In this document: piece after piece, positions 12,099-23,409 of the stretch | Position numbering within the stretch: position 1 is the stretch's first letter | Layout: the number at the start of each line of letters is the position of its first letter | Origin: the human T2T-CHM13v2.0 reference genome, Homo sapiens | DNA length: 64,000 nucleotides | NCBI RefSeq assembly: GCF_009914755.1 | Contig: NC_060944.1 | Reading direction: 5' to 3' (one strand) | Notes under the pieces: model-generated | What the model was told of the DNA's origin: nothing | The model's database searches: none | Seen by the model: the letters and a program-made list of their open reading frames with translations, nothing else | Made by a program: the position numbers and the translations under genes

Positions 12099-13459
12099 GA
12101 TAGTTTCTTAGCCCACTGGGTTGATACTTGATTCTGTTTACCTATAAAATCCTGAATATTGGGGTGCAAATAAGTAAATCTAAGTTTTTGCCCAGTAAGG
12201 GCTACATTAGCCACACCTTCATGAGCACAGTTTCAAAATGTGAACTAGGTGTTGGCTTAAATCTGCCAAGCAACAGAAAGCAACATCCCCATTGGGCAGA
12301 TGCAGCAGGTAGCAGCAGCCTTGCCGTCCGCTACACGAGGCCGCTTGGGATGAAACCCTTCCTTACCTCCTTCCCTGGAGAGACAGTCACGATCCTGGCC
12401 TTCACCGTAAGCTTGCCCTTCTCGCTCAGTGAGATAAAGTGCAAGCATGAGATAAACACATTTCAAGATGTGAGCGCTGTTGCAGTGTGTTCTGTGAATT
12501 TTCCCACTATTTTTAAGGAAGAAATCATTTTGCTTGAAGGCATCACTCTTGGTTGTGATCAGACAGAAGGGGAATAAGTGCTTAGCACAAAATGGGGCAC
12601 AGAGCTTGACCTGCAGAAATGGTTGTCATTGTCATTACTTTCATTAAACTTTGGCTTCAGCTATGTAAACTCAGGAGAGAAATAAATGACTCCAGTGACA
12701 GGGAAAGCAATTTTATGGCCTAATATTGGCCAAATCTGGGAATTGTGAAGTAGCCAAAAAAGTAGCATTACCTTTGTTTGACCAAACTGTCAGGGCAAGA
12801 TTACTTGGTTTCATATACTTTTTTTTCTTTTTTTTTTTTTTTTAGATGAAATGGTGTTGAGAAAGGAGTTTGAGATCATGATTTTTAGCAGCCTTGAAAA
12901 CTGGTAAATGAGAAGATTGGAGAATAACATTATTCCAAAGCAGAAGCTCCTTCTTCTCAGATGATAAACACCTTTGTTGATTAATTGCCATGTGCTATTA
13001 ATAGGCCGCTGAGTAATTGGAAGTGATTGGCAGAAGGTCTCATGAGCCCATCTGTTTGTTGCATTTTTATGACCATTTTCAGCACAGGGCATCTTCAGAG
13101 TGCAATGGAGAAGCTTGGAGAGTGACAGGCCAGAGACCAAGTGGGCGGGACTTGGAGACGCCCATCCTGCCTTGAGAGGACCCAGGACAGTCATTTCCTA
13201 GGGGTTTGCGTCTCCTTTTCTTGCCCCCAGTATCAGTGGAGCATGGAATGCGGAGGAAGCTGGTTGTTTAATCTGGGATTCTGGAACTCACAAAACTCTT
13301 TAGAAATGCTTAGGCCATAGTGGGTGAGGCTGTTGGCAGCGGTGGCACTGAGGCAGAGCTATGGATGACTGCCAGCCGTGCATGTAGGGTCTGGGGAAGG
13401 GGAGGCTTTCGTCTCCTGGGACAGCAATGATTGAAAAGATGAGGCTGTATGACTTAGAC

Positions 13460-13981
13460 CAGCGGTCCTCCACCTTTTTGGCACCACGGACCCGTTTCAT
13501 GGAAGACAGTTTTTCCACAGATCAGGGGTAGGGAATGGTCTGGGGATGATTCAAGCGCTTTACATTTATTGTGTACTTTATTTCTCTTATTATTGCATTG
13601 TGATATATAAAGAAAGAATTACACAACTCACCATGACGTACAGTCAGTGGGAGCCCTGAGCTTGTTTTCCTGCAACCAAACAGTCCCATCTGGAGGTGAT
13701 GGGAGACAGTGACAGATCATCAGGCATTAGATTCTCATAAGGAGTGTGCAACCTAGATCCCTCACATGCACAGTTCACAATAGGGTTTGAGCTCCTATGA
13801 GAATCTAATGCTGCCACTGATCTGATGGGAGGTGGAGCTCAGGCGAGAATGTGAGCCAGGGGGAGCAGCTGTAAATACAGAGGACGCTTCGTGCACTCAC
13901 CTGCTGCTCACCTGCGATGCAGCCCTGTTCCCAACAGGCCACAGACCAGGACCAGTCCAGTCCCGGGGATTGGGGACCCCG
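13460..13981 (-). mobile_element. MER1A (hAT-Charlie MITE), full length
   Basis: Termini CAGCGGTCC...GGGGACCCCG; 8-bp TSD ACTTAGAC/ACTCAGAC; internal palindrome GCATTAGATTCTCATA...TATGAGAATCTAATGC. Confidence 0.92.
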
Positions 13982-14899
13982 ACTCAGACCATTCATTCTG
14001 CCCTGGCTGGGAAGGATGGGCTGCAGTATCCTGGGCGGGGAGATCCACACAGACCCTCTTCTCTGGAGATTTCCTTGACTTGGAAGTGATTCTCTGTTAA
14101 TCACGGAGACCGTGAGAGCCCAGGGGGCAGCAGATTAAATTTGTGAATAAAAAAATGCTCTGTTTTAAAGTTCTGTGCGGCGATTATAGCCAGACATAAA
14201 GGTGGCATCTCAAATGAACATTAGCCTCTTTTAAAACAAAAACAAAAAGTAACATGAGCAACTGAAGCCTCTTGAATATGAATGGATTTGAAATCGCCCA
14301 CCTACGGCCCAATGCTCTCAAATAGACTTTTCCCCTGACCCTCACAGATGACCTCACTGGTTATGAAGGGACACACTGATGAGTTCTTAGGCTCTGGATG
14401 CCTCATGGTGTCATTTCAAAGCTGCTGCTCAGGGTGGAGGATGCTCATTCGTGCTGTGGCTGGTGACACGCACATTTGCTGATCCCCCTTTTGGAATATG
14501 TTCTGTTTCTGAAGAGTTTTTGCACTTAGCATGCGTAATGTGGATAAGTAGATGAATGTCTGTTCTAGGCTGGAAAATAAGACTCAAAATGATTGTGACT
14601 TAAGGTAAAAGAAACTTCAGGTTAGCAGTCCTTGCCAAAAAATGATTTTCATTCAGATTATATCAAGGGATTGGCTGGGAGCCAGGAACATGAAAAGAAC
14701 AATATTTAACTAGAATTCTTGAATAGTTATGTGAGAAAATGTGTGTGTGCATGGGTGTCTGCTGTGTATCAGTGTTGGAGCCCAGGAGGCTCTCAAGCAA
14801 CGTTTGTGATGTGTTTAAGAAACACATCAGTTTTGTATATTTGTTTTTTAAGATCCTGCTGCAGCAGTATAAAACTCTCAGTGGTTCCAGCGGCAGTCA

Positions 14900-15015
14900 G
14901 CATAGGCAAGTTATGCTTGCGGTAACAAATGACCCCAGGGTCTCAGTGGCTTCCAAAAAGGCTCATCCTGCTGTGGTTTGCATCATGACTCCAGTAGTCT
15001 GCAGTCCTGGCTGAA
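14900..15015 (-). mobile_element. Old MLT1 LTR fragment
   Basis: AGTTATGCTTGCGGTAACAAATGACCCCAGGGTCTCAGTGGCTT resembles MLT1I/J/K terminus. Confidence 0.5.
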
Positions 15016-15279
15016 GATGTTAGGTGCTCTTCTAGTACCATGTGACTTTGCTTTAGAGCACTTTTCCCGGCTCATATTAGAAACAGATTAGCATGATTTT
15101 AGGCTCGAAGCCCCAAGAGGGTATGGGCCATTGTGTCAACCTCATGTGCCTGTCACAGCAAAGACAGTTGGTCACATCGGTTGAAAGAATGGGGCCCACT
15201 TAGGCTAGACACTACAGGGGCCAAGATTAAAAAAAAAATAAACACTGAATAACTCCCTGAGAAACTGACTTCATTTGGA

Positions 15280-15480
15280 TTTAAAGGATTGTACCTACGT
15301 GAAGAATGAAGAGGGGTGCTCCAGGAAGAGGAACAAGTTTGAGCAAAGACATAGGAGCGTGGTGAAGCTCAGAGTGCACTGAGGACTTCCAGGAAGTTCC
15401 ACGTGAGCAGTCACTGTGGGGCCGAGGGAAGCACTAATGAGGACTGGGGAGGAGACGGGTTAGGGCTGGCCTCGAAGGGC
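15280..15480 (-). mobile_element. L2 fragment
   Basis: CTCCAGGAAGAGGAACAAGTTTGAGCAAAGACATAGGAG resembles antisense L2. Confidence 0.5.
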
Positions 15481-16201
15481 GAGTGGAATGGTCCATGGGG
15501 CCTGCGGGGGTTGATACTGATGCTTTGTTTTTTGTGTGTATTCTTACACCCTTTGATGGGTTCAGCTGTAAGGCTTTGCTTCCACTGGGGTCACACAAGG
15601 GGGCTGTACATGGACTGGGCCCTCAGTTTGCATGTTCATTTGGGAATTACTGCAGGACTGGAATGACTTGGCTGGTCTGTCAGGCTTTTCTGTTTATTTG
15701 TAATTATTCTTCTGTCCACAATCAAGAAAGGATTTGAAGTAATTTTCAAAAATACAGATATAAATTATGGTTGTTAACATGGTGAGTTCGAGAGAAGCAA
15801 CTTATTGAAGTTGTGTCTGTTCTTTTTTCATGAATGGCCTCATGTATTTTTGTTTTCTATATTTGCCATTGTTCTCAGTGATGAGATAGCCAGGGGCCAA
15901 ACCGCCTCTTCACTAAGAGGTAAGCCATTGTGTTTCCCTGTTGCTCATTAATTTAGAGAGTTTCATACATGCTGCCAGTTCCTAGATTGATTTTTCTTTG
16001 TGATTTTTGACTAAATCCTTGTTTCCCAGTGTCTTGTGTTCAACTTTAATATTTTACTTTTTGTGTGATGTCTGTAATACTAACACAAGCTCATAGAGAA
16101 TGGCTCAAAATAAGGCTTTCCTAAGATTAAAATTGATTATATGAAGCCACCAAGCAAGGGTCGGAATCAGCAGAATTATAGAACACTTCCTCGGCTTTGC
16201 G

Positions 16202-16458
16202 TCCTTTGAAACAAAGTCAGGTTCTGCGCCGGCTATTGACCCGCAAACTCGAGTCTAGGATGCACCTGAGTGCCCAACTGTGCTGTGTTCTGAGTGAGAT
16301 CTCTCAGGTAAAAGGTCAAGTCCAAGGTAGAGCTACTTATGCGCAGGTAATAGTGGGGGCAGAAGTGATTTTTATCTCGTTTGGATTCCTAGCTGTCTCT
16401 TTCGATGGACGATCAAATTCTACCAAGAGTCAACACATGCTCCTAATGAGAAACCTAA
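16202..16458 (+). repeat. Dispersed duplicated element, copy A (paralog at 36792-37022)
   Basis: Collinear shared blocks incl. exact 24-mer ATCAAATTCTACCAAGAGTCAACA and exact 21-mer TGCTCCTAATGAGAAACCTAA. Confidence 0.92.
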
Positions 16459-17211
16459 TGGGTTCCATGTGTGCATTTCGGGCCAGGCCCAGTGCGCCTC
16501 CCTCACTGCTGGCATGTTTGCAGTTACCTTCATCTGTAAAAGTCATATTTCCACCCCAGGGAAATCGAGAGTGACAACACGCCATGTTCTTCTCTACTTT
16601 CTCACCTGGAATAGTTTTAAAACCTCAGACAACACCACCCCGCGATGATGAGCATAGTGAAACTCAAGCCCTCTGGTTTTTAAAAGCAGTGTTCGTTCTT
16701 GTAATTAATTCGCCATGTTTCATTGGGAATATAATGTTTCATTGAACATTCCGTATTTCATTTTTACTCAGCTTAATGTAGTATGGGGTAAAAGAAGTCC
16801 GTGAGGACAAGGTAACCATGCCTTTATGGAATACCCAGGGTGGAAAATCTGTAATAACAACGTAAGGAGCCCTACCTGGGACACTCCTCACGATGCCTTC
16901 ATCTTATTAGACAAGGAAATGTTGATTCACTGCCTGTCAGGTTTACTTTCCCCTCTGGCAACGAGGAGGGGAACAGGGGAAGAGAGAGTTTGTGGTCACC
17001 CCTGCACTGAGATCCTGAATGGACAGCAAGGAAGCGGCTGCCAGGAGTGAGTGGTGTTGGGGCTTCATCCTCGGGGAGGGCTCTTTGTGCTTCCAGGTTA
17101 CAAACTAGAGAGGTGGACAACCCCTGCCACTGGCAGGAAAGACATGGGCAAGAGGAGAGGCGCTCTCCAAGGTATGCATTCCTTAGGGTGCCCTGTCAGC
17201 TCTGCGTCTTC

Positions 17212-18150
17212 TATTCGATCAATGTTTGCTGAGCACCTGCTGTGGACCTGGTATTTTGTAAGCATTCTGGCAGCACGTTCTCCCTTCCTCATGCGGGTGG
17301 CACTCCCCTGGGAGAGGCAGAACACACAGGGAAGTACACAGTGAGCAGAATAAATGCTCACGCGGGACAAATTAACCCACGCGGGATAAATGCTGCAGGG
17401 AAACCAGCATCATGGGCTGGAGGCTGAGGGGTGATGTGCAGTCAGGACAGTCTCTCTCAGGGTGAGGTGGTCATTCCATTCTGTCAGGGCCTGGGGCTGA
17501 GTGTGTCTGGAAGAGGGAACAGCAGAGGCAGGGGACTGAGACCAGGATAGTCAGGAGGTCCTAGAGGAACCACAAGACGGCCCCAGGGGCCATGAGTAGA
17601 ATCAGTGCATGGTTGGTGTGGTCGGAGGGAGGCAGGGATCAGCCAGGCCAGCCATGGGAGCCCCAGCAAGGAGCTTGGGCTGCATTCCCACGGCCATGAG
17701 GAGGCTTTGGAGGGTCTGAGCAGGAACGTGCTGTTGGATTTGAGGTTTAAATTAACCCCTCTGCTGACCGGGCATGGTGGCTCACGCCTGTAATCCCAGC
17801 ACTTTGGGAGGCTGAGGCAGGCGGATCACCTGAGGCCAGGAGTTCAACACTAGCCTGGCCAACATGGCGAAACCCCATCTCTACTAAAAATACAAAAATT
17901 AGCTGGGCGTGGTGGCACGTGCCTGTAGTCCCAGCTACTCAGTAGGCTGAGGCAGGAGAATCACTTGAACCCAGGAAGCGGAGGTTTCAGTGAGCTGAGA
18001 TCACACCACTGCACTCCAGCCTGGGTGACAGAGCGAGACTCTGTCAAAAAAAAAAAAAAATTAACCCCTCTGCTGTGGCATGAGAATGGATTCCGGGGGC
18101 CAGGGTGCAGCAGGAAGCCAGGCTCTGCGCTATGCAGGTGAGAGGCGACG
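17212..18150 (-). mobile_element. L2 relic interrupted by an Alu
   Basis: CAATGTTTGCTGAGCACCTGCTGTG (L2 end); AAGGAGCTTGGGCTGCATTC...GGAGGGTCTGAGCAGG...GATTTGAGGTTT; resumes TGGCATGAGAATGGATT after the Alu. Confidence 0.65.
17767..18060 (+). mobile_element. AluS (Sx/Sz-like), full length
   Basis: Complete dimer with A-tail; TSD AAATTAACCCCTCTGCTG on both sides; TTT/AAA L1-endonuclease site. Confidence 0.97.
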
Positions 18151-19400
18151 GTGAGTGGGCCAGGGTGGGAATTAGATCATATTGACTCCACGTACGGGTG
18201 CCCCCCATCTGTCCCTCATCCCCATCCCACATTCCCAGGCAGTTCTGCTTGCTCCCCTGCAGATTGGCACACATGTCTCATAAACCATCTCTCCCATTGT
18301 CTAATAACATGGTTTCATGGCTGTCTCCTCCATTAGCCCAAGGGTTCTTCAAGGTCAGTACCACGTTTTACTAACTTCATCTGTAGAACCCAGTGTAGGG
18401 CCCGAACTCCCAGCAGGAACCTACATTACCCCTGACTCATGGACTGCGGTTCTCAGAACCTGACCTCTGTGGGAGACCAAAGTCATAGCCTCGTGCCCCA
18501 CATGGCCGTGAGGCCCTGCCCGCATTCAGAAGACAGGTGACAGCCCGTGCCGCTGCCTGGCTAAATGCTTGCTCCACACATTTTACTAGTGGCGGCTGAG
18601 TCTGCGTGATGGCCAACGTGGTTTTAGAAATATACACCTAGATTAGATGAGGCTTCTGTCTTAGATGATTCCAAATGTTCTTACTTGGATTTTGCTTAAA
18701 GGAAAAACAAAACTATCTACACATTTCCCCCTCTTCATACTTTACCAAAAAGAAAGAGAAAAAATGTAAGAGGATATTGACTCCCACGATGCTTCCTGCG
18801 GTGACTAAATATAAATATGTATGACAGATCGCAGAAGGAATCATTAATGGCAGCTGTCAGTGCTATTTAAAATGAATTAGACCTTTCCAGTTTCCCTCTA
18901 GTGTGAGCGCTGAGAGACACATAAGGCTGTTCTGATTCATCGTGGACCTGGAAGTCCATTGTTCAGCTTAGTCGGGAGATGTATATGCTTATCAGGCAAA
19001 ATAAGCTGGCGGGGGCTGGTGTTTGCGAAGCGCCAACTCGCCTTCTTTGTCTCATAACATTTGGCGGGGTGTGCTTTCCTGGTTCGGCACGGGACATTGG
19101 TCTCTTCAACTTCAGCTGATTTGAATTGGGACCCACAAACCAGGTGGGAAGCATGGCGTTTGAACCGTGCCTGGAATATCAGATGAGTCCTGTGTCTGCA
19201 AAGTCTGATAGTCAGAGGGAATAACAAGTCCTTAAAATGAGGAACAGCCCTTTCCATGGTTAAAGGGAAGAGTGGAAACCCACGTGTGTATTATCGGGGA
19301 AGACTTTCTTCTGGGAACAGGTGTGCCTGTAACATGGTGACTTCCCACTGGTCTGTTTCGCCCCATAATGGTAAGCATTCCTACATTTGGAGAGAGTAGG

Positions 19401-19763
19401 TATATTAGTCTGTTCTTACACTGCTAATAAAGACATACCTGAGACTGGGTCATTTATAAAGGAAAGAGGTTTAATGGACTCGCAGTTCCACATGGCTTGG
19501 AAGGTCTTACATTCATGGTGGAAGGCAAAGGAGGAGCTAAGGCACATCTTACATGGTGGCAGGCAAAAGAGCATGTGCAGGGGACTCCCCTTTATCAAAT
19601 CATCAGATCCCATGAGACTTATTCGCTATCACGAGAACAGCACGGGAAAGACCCACCCCCATGATTCAATTACCTCCCACGGGGTCCCTCCCATGACACA
19701 TGGGAATTATGGGAGCTACAATTCAAGATGAGATTTGGCTGGGGACATAGCCAGACCATATCA
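19401..19763 (-). mobile_element. THE1B-like MaLR solo LTR
   Basis: TATATTAGTCTGTTCTTACACTGCTAATAAAGACATACCTGAGACTGGG...GATGAGATTTGG...ACCATATCA; 5-bp TSD GTAGG/ATAGG. Confidence 0.93.
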
Positions 19764-21347
19764 ATAGGAGACAAGGGAACTGTTGCCAGCGGTTCCCTCC
19801 ACCAAGACCTAGAGAGACTGAATGCTGCCCACTTTTTCTCATCTTAAAGCTGAGCTTCCAGTGAGAGCTTCACTTCTGTTCTCTTTAATTTTCTTTCACT
19901 TCCGGTGTTTAAATAACCCAGGATCAGTTTATGTATCATGACATCTTCTTTCAATAATCTGGCTGAATCTCTCCAAATGGCTGGGAGTTTATGGCCCTGG
20001 GCAGGTGGACGAGTGGGCAGAAGTGAGAACAGGACTTCAGGAAGTATAAAAGCTCTTGTCACTTCCAAAGGGCCTCTTTCTTCCTGGCTTTGAAATAAAC
20101 CCTCTGATGGCCGCCAGTAACTGTTTCTCTCTCAAGTATGGAAGAGAAAGCCATTTGGATTTTTGGATGTAATTGACACAGGGTCTCTAAAAGTTCTTGT
20201 TTGTTTTTCGTTTGTTTTGGGACTACATTTGAAAGAAGAGGCATAGAGACCCGCAGCCCCTCCTGTCCTGGCTGCCCAGGGCTTCTGGGAATAACAGTGG
20301 TGGTGGGAGGGCCACATTGTGCCGCAATTGTTCCTTTATGTAGTTAGCTTCCTGTTTTATTTTATGCTGTGCGGCCCCAGCATCCAGGGTTTTGTGCTTG
20401 GAAGATCACACGTATGTCATGGGACAGAGTTCCTGTCTATATGGAACATGGGCCACTTCTCAGGAACCGGCCTGCAGCCCCGATGGACAGGCTGGGTCAT
20501 CAGGAACAGACAGCGGGGACCCTGCAGGGCCACATATGCTCTACCTGCCCCAACCCAAGGCTGCTCCGTAGCCGTGGAGTTGGTGGTTCTGGGGAGAAAG
20601 GTGGCTGCAACCTGGGATTCAGCCCCAGCTCCGCAGCCGGGTGTGGCAGCTCCTGTGCTGGGTAGGATTCAGCACATCTGGGCTGAAGTTTTCATCTTGA
20701 GCACCAGCTAATGTTTGATGTGAATTGAATCATAGGGAGAAAATGCCCACTTGAGGCGTGAGCCAGTTAATTTACAAAGTCAGTGAGGGAAAATCCTGCA
20801 GGTGCCCGGGAAGGGTGAGCGCAGAGCCAGGATCCAGACGAGGCCGGGAGCTGGGGTGCTGGCTGATGTCCCCGTTGCTGGATGCTGCTGGATGTGTATG
20901 GACCTGGGGTATGGCACAGCAGGCCTCATCGGGAGGTCTGTGGAGTGAAAGCTGGGGCTCCCCACAGCTCCCTTCCATGCCCCGTGAGGCACGCCCTTGT
21001 GTTATGAAGAATCACACAGTCCCTCGTGGAGACGGCTCTCAGGGGCAGTCTTGCTGATCCTTCTGCAAATAAGACCCCTCTGAGGCCAACCATGTACGTG
21101 GAAAGGAGCATGTGCTCCTAAGTTTTCCAGGAGGGGAAAGGACCAAGTTCATGTGGGACCCAGCTCAGAGCACAGCTCACCCCCGGGGCAGGGCAGCTCA
21201 TGCTACCATTCGAGCGAGTGGTGGCCTCAGTGCCAGACTCAGCCCAGCGCCAGGAACCCAGGAATCCCTCTCCTCCTGCCCCTGCCCACTGGGACAGTCA
21301 TGTCAGGAAGGAACTGGACACATGTGGGCGAGGAGGCAGCCGCCCTC

Positions 21348-21874
21348 CAGTGCCACAAGGCCAGCGGAATACCTCTGACCTTGCCTCTCCCACCCAGCGT
21401 CAGGCAGACACCTCCCCCTCCCCCAGTGCTGCAGAGGCCAGCGGAACACCTCTGACCTTGCCTCTCCCACCCAGCGTCAGGCAGACACCTCCCCCTCCCC
21501 CAGTGCTGCAGAGGCCAGCGGGACACCTCTGACCTTGCCTCTCCCACCCAGCGTCAGGCAGACACCTCCCCCTCCCCCAGTGCTGCAGAGGCCAGCGGGA
21601 CACCTCTGACCTTGCCTCTCCCACCCAGCGTCAGGCAGACACCTCCCCCTCCCCCAGTGCTGCAGAGGCCAGCGGAACACCTCTGACCTTGCCTCTCCCA
21701 CCCAGGGTCAGGCAGGCCCCACACAGTGCTGCAGAGGCCAGCGGGACACCTCTGACCTTGCCTTTCCCACCCAGAGTCAGGCAGATCCCTGCCCTCTCCC
21801 AGTGCCATGATGCCAGCAGGACACCTCTGACCTTGCCTCTCCCACCCAGCATCAGGCAGAGGCCCCCCCAGTGC
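21348..21874. repeat. Minisatellite, 77-bp unit, ~7 copies (central copies near-identical)
   Basis: CAGTGCTGCAGAGGCCAGCGG... recurs at 21424, 21501, 21578, 21655; degenerate flanking units. Confidence 0.95.
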
Positions 21875-22289
21875 TAACTGCGCCCTCAAGTGGCCTGGGG
21901 AGAAAAGTTGTGTTTTGAGCGGAAAATTGCCACTCTTATGGGAAAGATGATGCTGTGTTGGAAACTCAAGCTTCACTTGGAATTATGATTCCATGAGCAT
22001 GTCGCATGCTGCCTTTTTTTTTATTTTCTAGGAATAATTTTGAAAGGAAATATTGTACACATTGAAGAGTGACTCAATACAGAGACCATCGCTCTAGGCT
22101 GAGCCGGTCTGAAGCAGGAACCAGGCATGTGCTGCATCCTGAACGCCAACAAACCTGTGTTCACGGTGGTGCTGGGGTGGCAGCTGTGGTGGGGGCAGTG
22201 CCTTGGGTGTCACAGCCGCCCTCCCTCCATCCCCGGGCAGCCCGTGCTCAAGGCCTGCTGTCCTCCGTGCTTTCAGATGCTGGGAAGGT

Positions 22290-22625
22290 CAGGTGATGGC
22301 CATTTGCAGGGCTCTGCCTCCCTGGATCAACCAACCACAGATCAGAAATATTCGGAGGAAGAATTGTGGCTGTACTGAACATGGACAGACTTTTTTCTTG
22401 TCATTCTTCCCTAAACAATACAATCTAACAACTGTGTACATAGCATTTACATTGTATTCCATAATATAAGTGATCCAGAGGTGATTTCAAGTCTATGCGA
22501 GGGGGTGCCTGGATTCTACGCACACACTGTGCTATTTCGTATCAGGGACTTGGGCGTCTACAGATTTTGGCATGCACGGTGGTAGGTCTTGGAACCAGTC
22601 TCCCACTGATACCAAGGGACAGCTG
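22290..22625 (-). mobile_element. MER2 (TcMar-Tigger MITE)
   Basis: GTACTGAACATGGACAGACTTTTTTCTTGTCATT...CATAGCATTTACATTGTATT...TGGAACCAGTCTCCCACTGATACCAAGGGACAGCTG followed by TA. Confidence 0.88.
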
Positions 22626-22679
22626 TATACTTTGGCATAAATGACATTTACTAGACATATAGTTCTGCAACTTACTTTT

Positions 22680-23402
22680 GTTGTAATTTTTATTTTTTGA
22701 GGCTACACAGCAGGTATGTATGTGTATGGGGGGGACGTGAGATGTTTTGATACAGGCGTAGAATGCACCGTAATCATATCAGGGCAATGGGATGCTGTCC
22801 CCTCAAGCATTTATCCTTTGTGTAACAAACTAATCCAGTTACACTCCTTTAGTTATTTTTATTTTTATTTATCTTTTTTTTTTTGAGACAGTCTCACTCT
22901 GTCACCCATGCTGGAGTGCAGTGGCGCAATCTCGGCTCACTGCAACCTCCGCCTCCCAGGTTCAAGCGATTCTGCAGCCTGAGCCTCGCGAGTAGCTGGG
23001 ACTATGGGCAGGCGCCACCATACCAGGCTAATTTTTGTATTTTTAGTAGAGACGGGGTTTCACCATGTTGGCCAGGCTGGTCTCGAACTCCTGGCCTCAG
23101 GTGATCCACCCACCTCGGCCTCCCAAAGTGCTGGGATTACGGGTGTGAGCCACCGCACCCGGCCTCCTTTAGTTATTTTTAAGTGTGCAATTAGATTATT
23201 ATTGAGTACAGTCACCCTGTTGTGCTAACAAATCCTAGCTCTTCTTCATTCTTTCTAACTTTTTCTGTGCTCACTCACCGTCTCCACTCTGCCCTCACTA
23301 CCCTTCCCAGCCTCTGGCCACCTTTCTTCTCCTATCTCCATGAGTTCATTTCATTTTTAGCTTCTGTAAATAAGTGACAATGTGCAAAGTTTGTCTTTCT
23401 GT
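22680..23402 (-). mobile_element. L1MA-type 3' end, interrupted by Alu
   Basis: GAGATGTTTTGATACAGGC...CCCTCAAGCATTTATCCTTTGTG...TACAGTCACCCTGTTGTGCTA. Confidence 0.85.
22862..23164 (-). mobile_element. AluSx-like, full length
   Basis: Complete antisense Alu; 17-bp TSD TCCTTTAGTTATTTTTA at 22845 and 23165. Confidence 0.97.
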
Positions 23403-23409
23403 CCTGCAG

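Noticed and set aside
14115-14135. Possible CTCF site AGCCCAGGGGGCAGC
   Set aside because: The 5' half mismatches the core consensus; unsupported without ChIP data
19488-19510. PRDM9 hotspot 13-mer position in THE1B
   Set aside because: This copy reads CCTTCCAAGCCAT on the minus strand, which does not match CCNCCNTNNCCNC
22883-23228. ORFs resembling Alu-derived 'proteins' (also 39478-39883, 40201-40584, 40798-41313, 54169-54375)
   Set aside because: Standard Alu translations, not genes
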